Source: a virus (Duplodnaviria > Heunggongvirae > Uroviricota > Caudoviricetes). Taken from it: DNA of 39,463 nt. The notes beneath the pieces were generated by a model, which saw only the letters and a list, made by a program, of their open reading frames with translations, searched no databases and was not told the DNA's origin. The position numbers and the translations under genes are program-made. The stretch lies in IMG/VR virus record IMGVR_UViG_2875722834_000003, positions 1 through 39,463 of that record; one strand, given 5' to 3'. Below are positions 1 to 7,925 of the stretch, piece by piece; position 1 is the stretch's first letter; every line of letters starts with the position of its first letter.

Positions 1-1284
1 TTACTTCTTCGCCTCTGCAACCACTTTACTACCCACGCCGCGGTTATTGTATTCCCACATGCGGTTGTAGTTAGTGTCATTCAGATTGCGCTGTATTTCG
101 TCGTTATCATCTACGCTGCCGGTATTACCCGCAAACGGACGATTAGAGATCACCGCATCGGCCCACGGTTTAGCCGTGTTAAAACCTTCGTTGATGGCGC
201 TATCACGGATCACCACCTGACCGTTGGTATTGGCATCAACATCCAGCGAGCGGCCCAGTTGCGCCACACCATCACCGAAAGCATTGAAACGGCTGTTTAC
301 GGCGAGGAAACCGTAGTAAATGTTGGACAGCGTAGCCGGTGCAAACACATACGCTTCTTGCTGAGTACGTGAGTTCACCACGCGGAATTCGGTGTTATCG
401 AACACCACTGCGCCGCGACCAGAAACGATATCCACATCCCCTTCAATGTAGCTGTTGGTCACCAGCGTACGCGGCTGACGATTCGTTTCCAGACGGTTCT
501 GCACACCGCTGTTGGTGACAAAGAAGGTGTTCTGACGACCGAGAATGTTAACGTTGTTAATCTGTACCTGGTCACCATCAGTACGCAGTGCCACCGCCGG
601 ATGGTTACCTGCATCTACGCTATCGCCCAGCGTGTTTTCGATGGTCAGATTTTGCAGTTGCAGGCCATTGTTTTGTGACCAGAAGACCGCAGAGCAGAGA
701 ACACCGATACTGTCGCTGCGTTTGCTCTGGCAGCTATCGTACATATACCACGCTGGTTTACCTGGCATATATTTGCCGCGCGGGTTGACGTCGTGACGCC
801 AGTCGGCAGGGCTCATGCCACCATCAAGGGAAAGCCCAATCTTCACATCAATCGGTTTTTCACCTGTACCGTACAGAGTAATTCCACCCGGAGCGGCAGG
901 GACATATACCGTTCCCTGATACTCACCAGGCATCACGGCAATATACTGGCGCTTGTTGGTACGCTTGATAATTGCCGCATCTACCGCCGCCTGAATCGTG
1001 GTATGCGTTACACCTTGAGTGCCCGCCGGGCCGACAACAAAGTCAGGTTGCGCAGGCAGGGTAATCGGGGAAGGATTCCACGCTGCAGCACCTGGTGTCA
1101 GGGATGCAAAATAGTGTTGAGCATCGAAATTCTGCGCTTCTTTTGCCGACAGAATCGGGCGAGAAGAGGTACCAGGCGCGGTTTGATCAGAAGGACGTTG
1201 ATCGGGCGGGGTTGAGCTACAGGCGGTCAGCGTCACGCCAAAAGCCAATGCCAGCGCCAGACGGGAAACTGAAAATGTGTTCAC
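1..1284 (-). CDS. ybhC: Host outer-membrane lipoprotein YbhC (pectinesterase-family putative acyl-CoA thioesterase)
   Basis: ORF-track 427 aa with GTG start at 1282-1284 and stop at 1-3; N-terminal lipoprotein signal ending LTAC; recalled identity to E. coli YbhC, the gene next to attB-lambda. From memory, not searched. Confidence 0.8.
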   Translation of the reverse strand: MNTFSVSRLALALAFGVTLTACSSTPPDQRPSDQTAPGTSSRPILSAKEAQNFDAQHYFASLTPGAAAWNPSPITLPAQPDFVVGPAGTQGVTHTTIQAAVDAAIIKRTNKRQYIAVMPGEYQGTVYVPAAPGGITLYGTGEKPIDVKIGLSLDGGMSPADWRHDVNPRGKYMPGKPAWYMYDSCQSKRSDSIGVLCSAVFWSQNNGLQLQNLTIENTLGDSVDAGNHPAVALRTDGDQVQINNVNILGRQNTFFVTNSGVQNRLETNRQPRTLVTNSYIEGDVDIVSGRGAVVFDNTEFRVVNSRTQQEAYVFAPATLSNIYYGFLAVNSRFNAFGDGVAQLGRSLDVDANTNGQVVIRDSAINEGFNTAKPWADAVISNRPFAGNTGSVDDNDEIQRNLNDTNYNRMWEYNNRGVGSKVVAEAKK

Positions 1285-1320
1285 AGGTTGCTCCGGGCTA
1301 TGAAATAGAAAAATGAATCC

Positions 1321-1440
1321 GTTGAAGCCTGCTTTTTTATACTAAGTTGGCATTATAAAAAAGCATTGCTTATCAATTTGTTGCAACGAACAGGTCACTA
1401 TCAGTCAAAATAAAATCATTATTTGATTTCAATTTTGTCC
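1321..1440. other. attL of lambda type: host B arm, 15-bp core, phage P' arm
   Basis: Core GCTTTTTTATACTAA at 1331-1345 read directly; upstream GTTGAAGCCT matches the bacterial B arm; downstream sequence matches the lambda P' arm (IHF-like TATCAATTTGTTG about 1371-1383; arm-type repeats CAGGTCACTA, TCAGTCAAAA, TAAAATCATT at 1391-1420) and runs into int. Confidence 0.9.
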
Positions 1441-2489
1441 CACTCCCTGCCTCTGTCATCACGATACTGTGATGCCATGGTGTCCGACTTATGCCCGAGA
1501 AGATGTTGAGCAAACTTATCGCTTATCTGCTTCTCATAGAGTCTTGCAGACAAACTGCGCAACTCGTGAAAGGTAGGCGGATCCCCTTCGAAGGAAAGAC
1601 CTGATGCTTTTCGTGCGCGCATAAAATACCTTGATACTGTGCCGGATGAAAGCGGTTCGCGACGAGTAGATGCAATTATGGTTTCTCCGCCAAGAATCTC
1701 TTTGCATTTATCAAGTGTTTCCTTCATTGATATTCCGAGAGCATCAACATGCAATGCTGTTGGGATGGCAATTTTTACGCCTGTTTTGCTTTGCTCGACA
1801 TAAAGATATCCATCTACGATATCAGACCACTTCATTTCGCATAAATCACCAACTCGTTGCCCGGTAACAACAGCCAGTTCCATTGCAAGTCTGAGCCAAC
1901 ATGGTGATGATTCTGCTGCTTGATAAATTTTCAGGTATTCGTCAGCCGTAAGTCTTGATCTCCTTACCTCTGATTTTGCTGCGCGAGTGGCAGCGACAGG
2001 GTTTGTTGTTATATGGCCTTCAGCTATTGCCTCTCGGAATGCATCGCTCAGTGTTGATCTGATTAACTTGGCTGACGCCGCCTTGCCCTCGTCTATGTAT
2101 CCATTGAGCATTGCCGCAATTTCTTTTGTGGTGATGTCTTCAAGTGGAGCATCAGGCAGACCCCTCCTTATTGCTTTAATTTTGCTCATGTAATTTATGA
2201 GTGTCTTCTGCTTGATTCCTCTGCTGGCCAGGATTTTTTCGTAGCGATCAAGCCATGAATGTAACGTAACGGAATTATCACTGTTGATTCTCGCTGTCAG
2301 AGGCTTGTGTTTGTGTCCTGAAAATAACTCAATGTTGGCCTGTATAGCTTCAGTGATTGCGATTCGCCTGTCTCTGCCTAATCCAAACTCTTTACCCGTC
2401 CTTGGGTCCCTGTAGCAGTAATATCCATTGTTTCTTATATAAAGGTTAGGGGGTAAATCCCGGCGCTCATGACTTCGCCTTCTTCCCAT
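1419..2489 (-). CDS. int: Integrase, tyrosine recombinase (lambda Int)
   Basis: 356 aa, MGRRRSHERRDLPPNLYIRNNGYYCYRDPRTGKEF..., recalled as essentially identical to lambda Int; overlaps xis and abuts the P' arm as in lambda. Confidence 0.95.
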   Translation of the reverse strand: MGRRRSHERRDLPPNLYIRNNGYYCYRDPRTGKEFGLGRDRRIAITEAIQANIELFSGHKHKPLTARINSDNSVTLHSWLDRYEKILASRGIKQKTLINYMSKIKAIRRGLPDAPLEDITTKEIAAMLNGYIDEGKAASAKLIRSTLSDAFREAIAEGHITTNPVAATRAAKSEVRRSRLTADEYLKIYQAAESSPCWLRLAMELAVVTGQRVGDLCEMKWSDIVDGYLYVEQSKTGVKIAIPTALHVDALGISMKETLDKCKEILGGETIIASTRREPLSSGTVSRYFMRARKASGLSFEGDPPTFHELRSLSARLYEKQISDKFAQHLLGHKSDTMASQYRDDRGREWDKIEIK

Positions 2490-2685
2490 TTCTGATCCTC
2501 TTCAAAAGGCTACCTGTTACTGGTCGATTTAAGTCAACCTTTACCGCTGATTCGTGGAACAGATACTCTCTTCCATCCTTAACCGGAGGTGGGAATATCC
2601 TGCATTCCCGAACCCATCGACGAACTGTTTCAAGGCTTCTTGGACGTCGCTGGCGTGCGTTCCACTCCTGAAGTGTCAAGTACAT
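2467..2685 (-). CDS. xis: Excisionase (lambda Xis)
   Basis: 72 aa MYLTLQEWNARQRRPRSLETVRRWVRECRIFPPPVKDGREYLFHESAVKVDLNRP..., matches recalled lambda Xis; 23-nt overlap with int start. Confidence 0.9.
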   Translation of the reverse strand: MYLTLQEWNARQRRPRSLETVRRWVRECRIFPPPVKDGREYLFHESAVKVDLNRPVTGSLLKRIRNGKKAKS

Positions 2686-2710
2686 CGCAAAGTCTCCGCA
2701 ATTACACGCA

Positions 2711-2733
2711 AGAAAAAACCGCCATCAGGCGGC
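2711..2733 (-). terminator. Intrinsic terminator (leftward transcription) between orf55 and xis
   Basis: Minus-strand RNA forms CCGCC-UGAU-GGCGG followed by UUUUUUCUU (plus strand AGAAAAAACCGCCATCAGGCGG). Confidence 0.5.
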
Positions 2734-2892
2734 TTGGTGTTCTTTCAGTTCTTCAATTCGAATATTGGTTACGTCTGCATGTGCTATCTGCGCCCACAGC
2801 ATCCAGTGGTCATAGCAGTCGCTGATGTTCTCGGCTTCGATAACTCTGTTGAATGGTTCTCCATTCCATTCACCTGTGACTCGGAAGTGCAT
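2725..2892 (-). CDS. Hypothetical small protein (55 aa) upstream of xis
   Basis: Not in ORF track (under 60 aa). ATG at 2890-2892 preceded by GGAGATGATAA; translation MHFRVTGEWNGEPFNRVIEAENISDCYDHWMLWAQIAHADVTNIRIEELKEHQAA; stop lies inside the terminator loop. Confidence 0.45.
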   Translation of the reverse strand: MHFRVTGEWNGEPFNRVIEAENISDCYDHWMLWAQIAHADVTNIRIEELKEHQAA

Positions 2893-2930
2893 TTATCATC
2901 TCCATAAAACAAAACTCGCCGTAGCGAGTT

Positions 2931-2960
2931 CAGATAAAAGAAATCCCCGCGAGTGCGAGG
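2931..2960 (-). terminator. Intrinsic terminator (leftward) downstream of the 249-aa gene
   Basis: Minus-strand RNA CCUCGC-ACUC-GCGGGG followed by AUUUCUUUUAU; same hairpin motif recurs at 18364-18382. Confidence 0.45.
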
Positions 2961-2992
2961 ACTGTTATTCACCTTTGACGGCAAGTTGCAGG

Positions 2993-3742
2993 TTAGCCAC
3001 GGTTAACCTCCTGCCGCGGCGCTGCTGGCAGCGATTTAATCCAAGCGGCTGCCAGAAGACGACTCCACGCATCCTTAGAATCCTCAGCGCCGTAATCAAT
3101 AATCGAATCGAATTCGTCTAGAATGGCTATCGTAGGCTCAACCGGCACCATCACCCAACCATCTGGAATCACCGGAGAGTTGCCACCCTGAACAGTAGGC
3201 ATATCCGGACCTTTGCGAATCGCCCTGGCAAGATCGATTGGGTCGTCGTACAACCAGTCACCTGTTTGCGGATGATTGGCTTCTGCCAATTGTGCAGCCC
3301 ACTCCAGGCCGTCTTTGTGTCCTTGCAGATAGTCCAGCGGTAACTCATCACTATTACTTACAGGTTCGGCCTGAAGCATGGCGGCGCGATAGGCGTTCCA
3401 GCCGACAGCTTTTCCGTGTTCAAACGCGCTGTCAAAGTCATCATCAATTTCCATCGCAGCGGGCACAGATACCGGCGCTGGCGGGGCGGTGTAAAGCGGC
3501 GTTACTTCTCGCAGCGGGTCGGCATAAGCATTGCCACTATCGAAGCTGACGTTGTTTTTTGCGCCGCCGCCTGACAGCAGCCACGCCACCGGCTCCTGCT
3601 CCATGCCAGCCGTCAGCGCTTCCAGTGCGATTTTGAAGATTTGCGCATCGAGTTGCGCTTCTTCAAAATCAGGGTAATGGGTTGTTACCGCAAGACGGCG
3701 CTCAAGCTTCTCAATCAACTGCTCTTTCGTAAATTCAGCCAT
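2993..3742 (-). CDS. Hypothetical strongly acidic early-left protein (249 aa)
   Basis: ORF track; ATG start at 3740-3742. By my residue count about 42 Asp/Glu against 18 Lys/Arg. No family recognised. Confidence 0.6.
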   Translation of the reverse strand: MAEFTKEQLIEKLERRLAVTTHYPDFEEAQLDAQIFKIALEALTAGMEQEPVAWLLSGGGAKNNVSFDSGNAYADPLREVTPLYTAPPAPVSVPAAMEIDDDFDSAFEHGKAVGWNAYRAAMLQAEPVSNSDELPLDYLQGHKDGLEWAAQLAEANHPQTGDWLYDDPIDLARAIRKGPDMPTVQGGNSPVIPDGWVMVPVEPTIAILDEFDSIIDYGAEDSKDAWSRLLAAAWIKSLPAAPRQEVNRG

Positions 3743-3746
3743 ATCC

Positions 3747-4118
3747 CTACTCCCCCTTGATGCCAGCGGCGCTAAGCTTGGTATTCACATCACCTTCAAA
3801 AATAGGCAGTACACCAATTGCAGCGGCCCAGTTTTTAGCTAACTCAGGGTCAGATGTCTCGTCGGTGTAGTCTGATGCCCGCCACCCAATCAGTCGTTTC
3901 TGACCAGGAATGTCATAGTTTCGCTTCTCCGTTGCTTGCTCTAGAGCATTAAGAAGTGTACGTATTTCATGCTGCTGAGTAGAGATGCTTGAGTCTTTGG
4001 CTTCCAGCTCATCAAGCAGCGCCAGCACATCCCGAGTGGGGACCATAAAGTTCGGCATGAAGTTATCTTTTGCCTTTTCTGCTGTTAGGCGCAGCGCCTG
4101 TTTGTTGAGTGCTGTCAT
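3747..4118 (-). CDS. Hypothetical early-left protein (123 aa)
   Basis: ORF track; start ATG overlaps the stop of the upstream 70-aa ORF (ATGA). Confidence 0.55.
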   Translation of the reverse strand: MTALNKQALRLTAEKAKDNFMPNFMVPTRDVLALLDELEAKDSSISTQQHEIRTLLNALEQATEKRNYDIPGQKRLIGWRASDYTDETSDPELAKNWAAAIGVLPIFEGDVNTKLSAAGIKGE

Positions 4119-4327
4119 TGGGCTGCTCCTTGGCTCTCGACTGCGCCATCCAGCAGAAACACACAGTCATTTTTGTGTTCGGCACATGACCAGAAAACCT
4201 CATCATCGCCACGAAAAATATCTACCTGCACCGTGGTTTTATATTTAGCCACTGCACCGCAACGACATTTCGCGGAAGTGTTTTTCTTTTTAGACAAGAC
4301 ACCTTCAACTCTCGGATATTTTCTCAT
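4115..4327 (-). CDS. Hypothetical small Cys/His-containing protein (70 aa)
   Basis: ORF track; motif CRCG ... WSCAEHKNDC suggests possible metal binding; ATGA coupling with both neighbours. Confidence 0.5.
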   Translation of the reverse strand: MRKYPRVEGVLSKKKNTSAKCRCGAVAKYKTTVQVDIFRGDDEVFWSCAEHKNDCVFLLDGAVESQGAAQ

Positions 4328-4989
4328 AGCGAGGCTCCTTTGCGAAGCTGGGCGGCGATATCTTCGAGAACGCCATCAGAGAATGAGCGGTCAAAATCGC
4401 CTTCCGGCGCATTAGCCATAAACTCAGTAGAGGTAATAATCATCCTGGCAATATCCGCGGCGTTCTTTGCAGTATCATCAATAAAACCAGCTTCCCAGGC
4501 AGCCAGCATTCTGTTCGCCACAAAGTAAGCTCCCTCCTTGCGTGCTTCAGTCTTCACTTCAGCCAGGAAAGCGTCGGTGGCCGGGGTTTTGTTATCTGAC
4601 TCCAGCCACTGGTTGTAGTAATAATCGAACATGCCAGTAGGATAACCACATCCGCTGTGCACGTGGTCTTTCATAGCAGAACCACACATGCAGTAGTCAT
4701 TGTCAGTATTACTAATGATGTCGATAAGTTGCTGTGTCCGTTGCTTCAACATCGCATTCTCCGCCGCCAGCGCAGAAAACTTCTCGTGCGCCAACTTAAC
4801 GGCTGCATCTGCCTGCTTAATTGACTCAATCGCTTTCTGGTGGTCTTCGTACAGAGCCGAAATCTTGGCCTCCGCTTCAGCAAATTTACGCACCAGATAT
4901 TCAGCGTTTGTTTCGTTAACCTTTAAATCACATGGGATGCATTTACCTTTCAGAAAACCATCCATCTCAATTAGTGACATTTGTTTCAT
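4324..4989 (-). CDS. Ead/Ea22-like early protein (coiled-coil N-half, Cys/His-rich C-half)
   Basis: ORF track 4324..5007; I prefer the internal ATG at 4987-4989 (MKQMSLIEM..., 221 aa) because it has a GGAG-rich leader and overlaps the stop of an upstream small ORF. Family assignment is recalled, not searched. Confidence 0.5.
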   Translation of the reverse strand: MKQMSLIEMDGFLKGKCIPCDLKVNETNAEYLVRKFAEAEAKISALYEDHQKAIESIKQADAAVKLAHEKFSALAAENAMLKQRTQQLIDIISNTDNDYCMCGSAMKDHVHSGCGYPTGMFDYYYNQWLESDNKTPATDAFLAEVKTEARKEGAYFVANRMLAAWEAGFIDDTAKNAADIARMIITSTEFMANAPEGDFDRSFSDGVLEDIAAQLRKGASL

Positions 4990-5150
4990 TTCTTCCCACT
5001 CCACCACATAGCATTCAGATATTTGTTGTCATTAACAGAACCGAAACTCTTTCTCTTAAGCAACTCCTCTCTCGATGGCATTTGCTTTACGCGTTGGCGA
5101 ATAATCATTTCTGCCGGAAGAATGCCGGGATTGTATGCAAGTCCTCTCAT
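4986..5150 (-). CDS. Hypothetical small protein (54 aa), translationally coupled
   Basis: Not in ORF track. ATG 5148-5150 overlaps the stop of the upstream gene (ATGA); its own stop overlaps the ATG at 4989; translation [54 protein letters not shown]. Confidence 0.35.
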   Translation of the reverse strand: MRGLAYNPGILPAEMIIRQRVKQMPSREELLKRKSFGSVNDNKYLNAMWWSGKK

Positions 5151-5437
5151 GATTTACTCTCAACGAACTGGTCAACGGCCATGCTAAGTGACACACCTAA
5201 AGTCTCGATATGCTGCTGAATATCCTGTAGCGTCCGCGCTTGAGATAACAGAATTTCACGGTTGCATAACTCTTTAACCAGATGCTCAAACTTGCTGTAA
5301 TAACCTATACGGCTTAGTGTTTCTTTCCCTGCATTCTCACCTTCTTTGATAATTCCTCTTTCGCTAAGAATCAGATCGTGTTTGGTTCCGGTGATAACGT
5401 ATTTGCCGAGGTCGATGTTTAGCTTCATTGTTTTCAT
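5147..5437 (-). CDS. Hypothetical early-left protein (96 aa from [11 protein letters not shown])
   Basis: ORF track 5147..5470; start moved to ATG at 5435-5437, which has GAGGAA 6 nt upstream and avoids the 23-nt overlap with the Abc2-like gene. Confidence 0.5.
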   Translation of the reverse strand: MKTMKLNIDLGKYVITGTKHDLILSERGIIKEGENAGKETLSRIGYYSKFEHLVKELCNREILLSQARTLQDIQQHIETLGVSLSMAVDQFVESKS

Positions 5438-5447
5438 TGTTAATTCC

Positions 5448-5744
5448 TCAGTCATTACTGATAGCGCCATAACGTGAGCGGTAATTACGCAGGCGCGGGT
5501 CGATATATTCAGGGAGTTTGTCTATTGTCGCTTTTCGCAACGGTCTCATTGCTGTTTCGTTTGTTCGGTCCTTCTCATCTTTTAACGCGAGTTGTATATC
5601 GCGTCGGTACATCCGTTCTGCTTTTGTTTCTGGTGGCAGATCAATAAACGTGTCGAAAATGTTTTTGATATTTTCCAGCACCTCCGCCTTGGAGCTACCG
5701 GAGCAGTTGCGCGGGTCATCCGCACCATACAGAGGCGCTGGCAT
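5448..5744 (-). CDS. abc2: Abc2-like anti-RecBCD protein (P22 type)
   Basis: 98 aa MPAPLYGADDPRNCSGSSKAEVLENIKNIFDTFIDLPPETKAERMYRRD...; position downstream of erf as in P22; identity recalled, not searched. Confidence 0.45.
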   Translation of the reverse strand: MPAPLYGADDPRNCSGSSKAEVLENIKNIFDTFIDLPPETKAERMYRRDIQLALKDEKDRTNETAMRPLRKATIDKLPEYIDPRLRNYRSRYGAISND

Positions 5745-5767
5745 AATGGGAGCCTTATTTTGCTAAT

Positions 5768-6148
5768 CTAGAAGGGAATTGAATCGTCGTATTCAGGATG
5801 ATTTTGATGATTGCTACTTTGCTGCTGGCCATTTCCTGAAGCTGCAAATCCAATCTTTGCATTCAGTAATTCAAGAGTGATTGATTGACCATTTTGCCCC
5901 TGATAAACATCAACCCTGATGTTTTCTCCGGTAATTTCCACAATGCCTCCTTCAACCAGAACGCTACGGTAGTAATCCGCTTGCGCTCCCGGCTTGGCAA
6001 ATACAACGGCGCTGTAGTTTGTCCATTCTTTCTTTTTTGTCTGGCGATCGTAATACTGAACGCCAGCACGGATGTTGAATCCGATATTTTCCCCGGCCTG
6101 AAACTCTCTTGCGGGCTTGTTTAGTCTTACAGTAATCGAATGTGCCAT
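5768..6148 (-). CDS. Phage single-strand DNA-binding protein-like
   Basis: ORF track 5768..6238; start taken at ATG 6146-6148 (MAHSITVRL..., 126 aa) with AAGGAG upstream; C-terminal tail ...YDDSIPF resembles the SSB DDDIPF tip; overlaps erf stop by 1 nt. Confidence 0.5.
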   Translation of the reverse strand: MAHSITVRLNKPAREFQAGENIGFNIRAGVQYYDRQTKKKEWTNYSAVVFAKPGAQADYYRSVLVEGGIVEITGENIRVDVYQGQNGQSITLELLNAKIGFAASGNGQQQSSNHQNHPEYDDSIPF

Positions 6149-6753
6149 TAAGCAGCAGCTCCTTCTAATTCGTCTCGTCTGATGTTGTAAACGTCCTGCG
6201 CTTTGTGCTGCTCCGGTGTGCCTTCGAGCATCTTCCACGCTTTGGCGAACGCCTGTTTAAGCTCTTCCACGGTGTTTTTCTGCATTGCTGCGTCAGTGAA
6301 TGCTTTTAGAACCTGTTCAGGTGTAGGTGATGGTTTTGATTGCTTTGCTACTGCGTTCTGCTGATGTTTATGCTCGTCTGTATCTGCATCTTTCGCATCA
6401 TCAATGCCGAACAAACCATTGAGGCAATACTTGCGTGCATAAGAGCTTGTAGCTCCCGTAACTTGTGCAGAATCCATCCCTTTCTTGCTTTCTTCCTCTC
6501 GTGCAAGAGCGGTTGCCGTATGGCTGTTTTCGCCATCGGTAATAGTTGCCGTGGCTTTCACGTAATACCGATCACCAATCAGCACAACTTCATCGCTGAT
6601 TGATAAAAACAGGCCATTCAGTAGCGGCTTAACGCCTTCAAGAATGTCTTCGCAGCTTCTGTATTTATATTTACCGAATGAGTTGTACTGATTCTTTGGC
6701 GCGTTCAGATTCTCCTGAATAGCTGCCAGTCTTGCGTAAAATTCTTTGCTCAT
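6148..6753 (-). CDS. erf: Erf, essential recombination function single-strand annealing protein (P22 type)
   Basis: ORF track 6148..6783 begins at TTG; ATG at 6751-6753 gives MSKEFYARLAAIQENLNAPKNQYNSFGKYKYRSCEDILEGVKPLL..., matching recalled P22 Erf. Confidence 0.8.
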   Translation of the reverse strand: MSKEFYARLAAIQENLNAPKNQYNSFGKYKYRSCEDILEGVKPLLNGLFLSISDEVVLIGDRYYVKATATITDGENSHTATALAREEESKKGMDSAQVTGATSSYARKYCLNGLFGIDDAKDADTDEHKHQQNAVAKQSKPSPTPEQVLKAFTDAAMQKNTVEELKQAFAKAWKMLEGTPEQHKAQDVYNIRRDELEGAAA

Positions 6754-6854
6754 ATGTTTGTTCTCAGAATGGACATTCCCCAAGGAAATAACGCTGGTTT
6801 AATACTTCGACTCGGGACAAATTAAGGCATACCCGCATTCCTTCGCGGTCGCCA

Positions 6855-7013
6855 TTATGGCGATACCAGAGAGCTTTCTGCGTGTACATGCGTCTCTGTA
6901 ACTTGCTCTCCTTCACTGTGGTTGCAAGTGACATGAATATCTCCTTCGTTACCGATTAATTCTTTCATATGACGAATGAATTCCTCGTCTGACCAGTTAT
7001 CTGTAAAACTCAT
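6855..7013 (-). CDS. Hypothetical small protein (52 aa) in the kil/arf position
   Basis: ORF track 6855..7043 starts at TTG; ATG at 7011-7013 (MSFTDNWSDEEFIRHMKELIG...) overlaps the cIII-like stop (ATGA). Confidence 0.4.
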   Translation of the reverse strand: MSFTDNWSDEEFIRHMKELIGNEGDIHVTCNHSEGEQVTETHVHAESSLVSP

Positions 7014-7180
7014 GGACGGCCTTGTTGTTTCAAAATATCCCAAAGCTTTTCGAGCAAACTTTTCATTCTTGGTTGTTTAAAGTCTGCTCCGGTTAAAATA
7101 TTTTTTCGTGAATGCTGTACCGATAAAATCGGGTTGAAAGGGCGAACCGATGCCGCCCCTGCAATAGCGAACTGTTGCAT
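7010..7180 (-). CDS. cIII: CIII-like protein (FtsH inhibitor family)
   Basis: ORF track 7010..7285; ATG at 7178-7180 with AAGGAG 7 nt upstream; 56 aa MQQFAIAGAASVRPFNPILSVQHSRKNILTGADFKQPRMKSLLEKLWDILKQQGRP, same pattern as lambda CIII (MQYAIAG...LLERI...ILNQPG). Confidence 0.6.
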   Translation of the reverse strand: MQQFAIAGAASVRPFNPILSVQHSRKNILTGADFKQPRMKSLLEKLWDILKQQGRP

Positions 7181-7374
7181 AGGATGCTCCTTCTTTTTGA
7201 TTGCATAACGAAAACGCCTCGAGTGAAGCGTTATTGGTATGCATATAAAAAGGCCCTCACACTGGAGGGCAAAGAAGATTTCCAATAATCAGAACAAGTC
7301 GGCTCCTGTTTAGTTACGAGCGACATTGCTCCGTGTATTCACTCGTTGGAATGAATACACAGTGCTTATTCATA

Positions 7375-7845
7375 CTAATAAAACACCCAATTTTCTGTTT
7401 CTTGGTTGTGTCCAAAGTTATATTCAATATCTGGTGTTGATGTATCAATATTCTTCATCCCATCAACAAGAGTTGATACAACAGCCAAATCTTGTTTGAT
7501 TCTCATCAAATGGTATTTCTTCCGGCGCAATAAACTTTCAATGGCAAGTTTCTTCGTCGGGAACGCAAAAGATCTTTCTGCATTTTTTGCTACTTTCTTA
7601 ATTGCATATCTATTTCTCCTTTGTTTCCATTCCTGTAACCACTGATTTGGTGCTGGTTTAAAATTAACAATCCAATGCGCAGGAACCAACCATGCATAAT
7701 GCTCTGTCTGATGAAAAGCTATATATTGAAGTGCGAATATTTTGATTCCATCTTCTTCAACTGTCGCTTGGAATCTCCAGAAAACAGGCATTCCATCATG
7801 TTCAGTTTCTGATTCAGGAAAAGGTACGCTCCATGATTTTGTCAT
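7375..7845 (-). CDS. Hypothetical AT-rich accessory protein (156 aa), unknown function
   Basis: ORF track; ATG 7843-7845 with GAGGTGAGAT leader; sampled lines are about 33-37 % GC against about 48 % in N; no motif recognised. Confidence 0.65.
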   Translation of the reverse strand: MTKSWSVPFPESETEHDGMPVFWRFQATVEEDGIKIFALQYIAFHQTEHYAWLVPAHWIVNFKPAPNQWLQEWKQRRNRYAIKKVAKNAERSFAFPTKKLAIESLLRRKKYHLMRIKQDLAVVSTLVDGMKNIDTSTPDIEYNFGHNQETENWVFY

Positions 7846-7925
7846 ATCTCACCTCAAATAATTCAGTGCAGTGTTTATTCTGTTGTTTATGCCAAAAGAA
7901 GGCCGACTATGCGGCATAATTATTT

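Noticed and set aside
545-1316. Plus-strand ORFs (83, 66, 140, 73 aa) inside ybhC
   Set aside because: Antisense to a confidently identified host gene; no ribosome-binding sites; typical GC-rich antisense frames.
1670-2193. Plus-strand ORFs (65, 68 aa) inside int
   Set aside because: Antisense to lambda int; no start context.
2784-2984. 66-aa minus-strand ORF from the track upstream of xis
   Set aside because: Starts at TTG, runs through the terminator hairpin at 2931-2960 and overlaps, out of frame, a better-supported 55-aa ORF (2725-2892) that has an ATG and a ribosome-binding site.
6754-6783. N-terminal extension of erf (MGNVHSENKH) in the ORF track
   Set aside because: Begins at TTG; the ATG at 6753 gives the recalled P22 Erf N-terminus MSKEFYARL.
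7882-7905. Possible terminator between the 62-aa and 156-aa accessory genes
   Set aside because: Only a 4-bp GC stem (GCCG/CGGC) with a U-rich tail; too weak to call.
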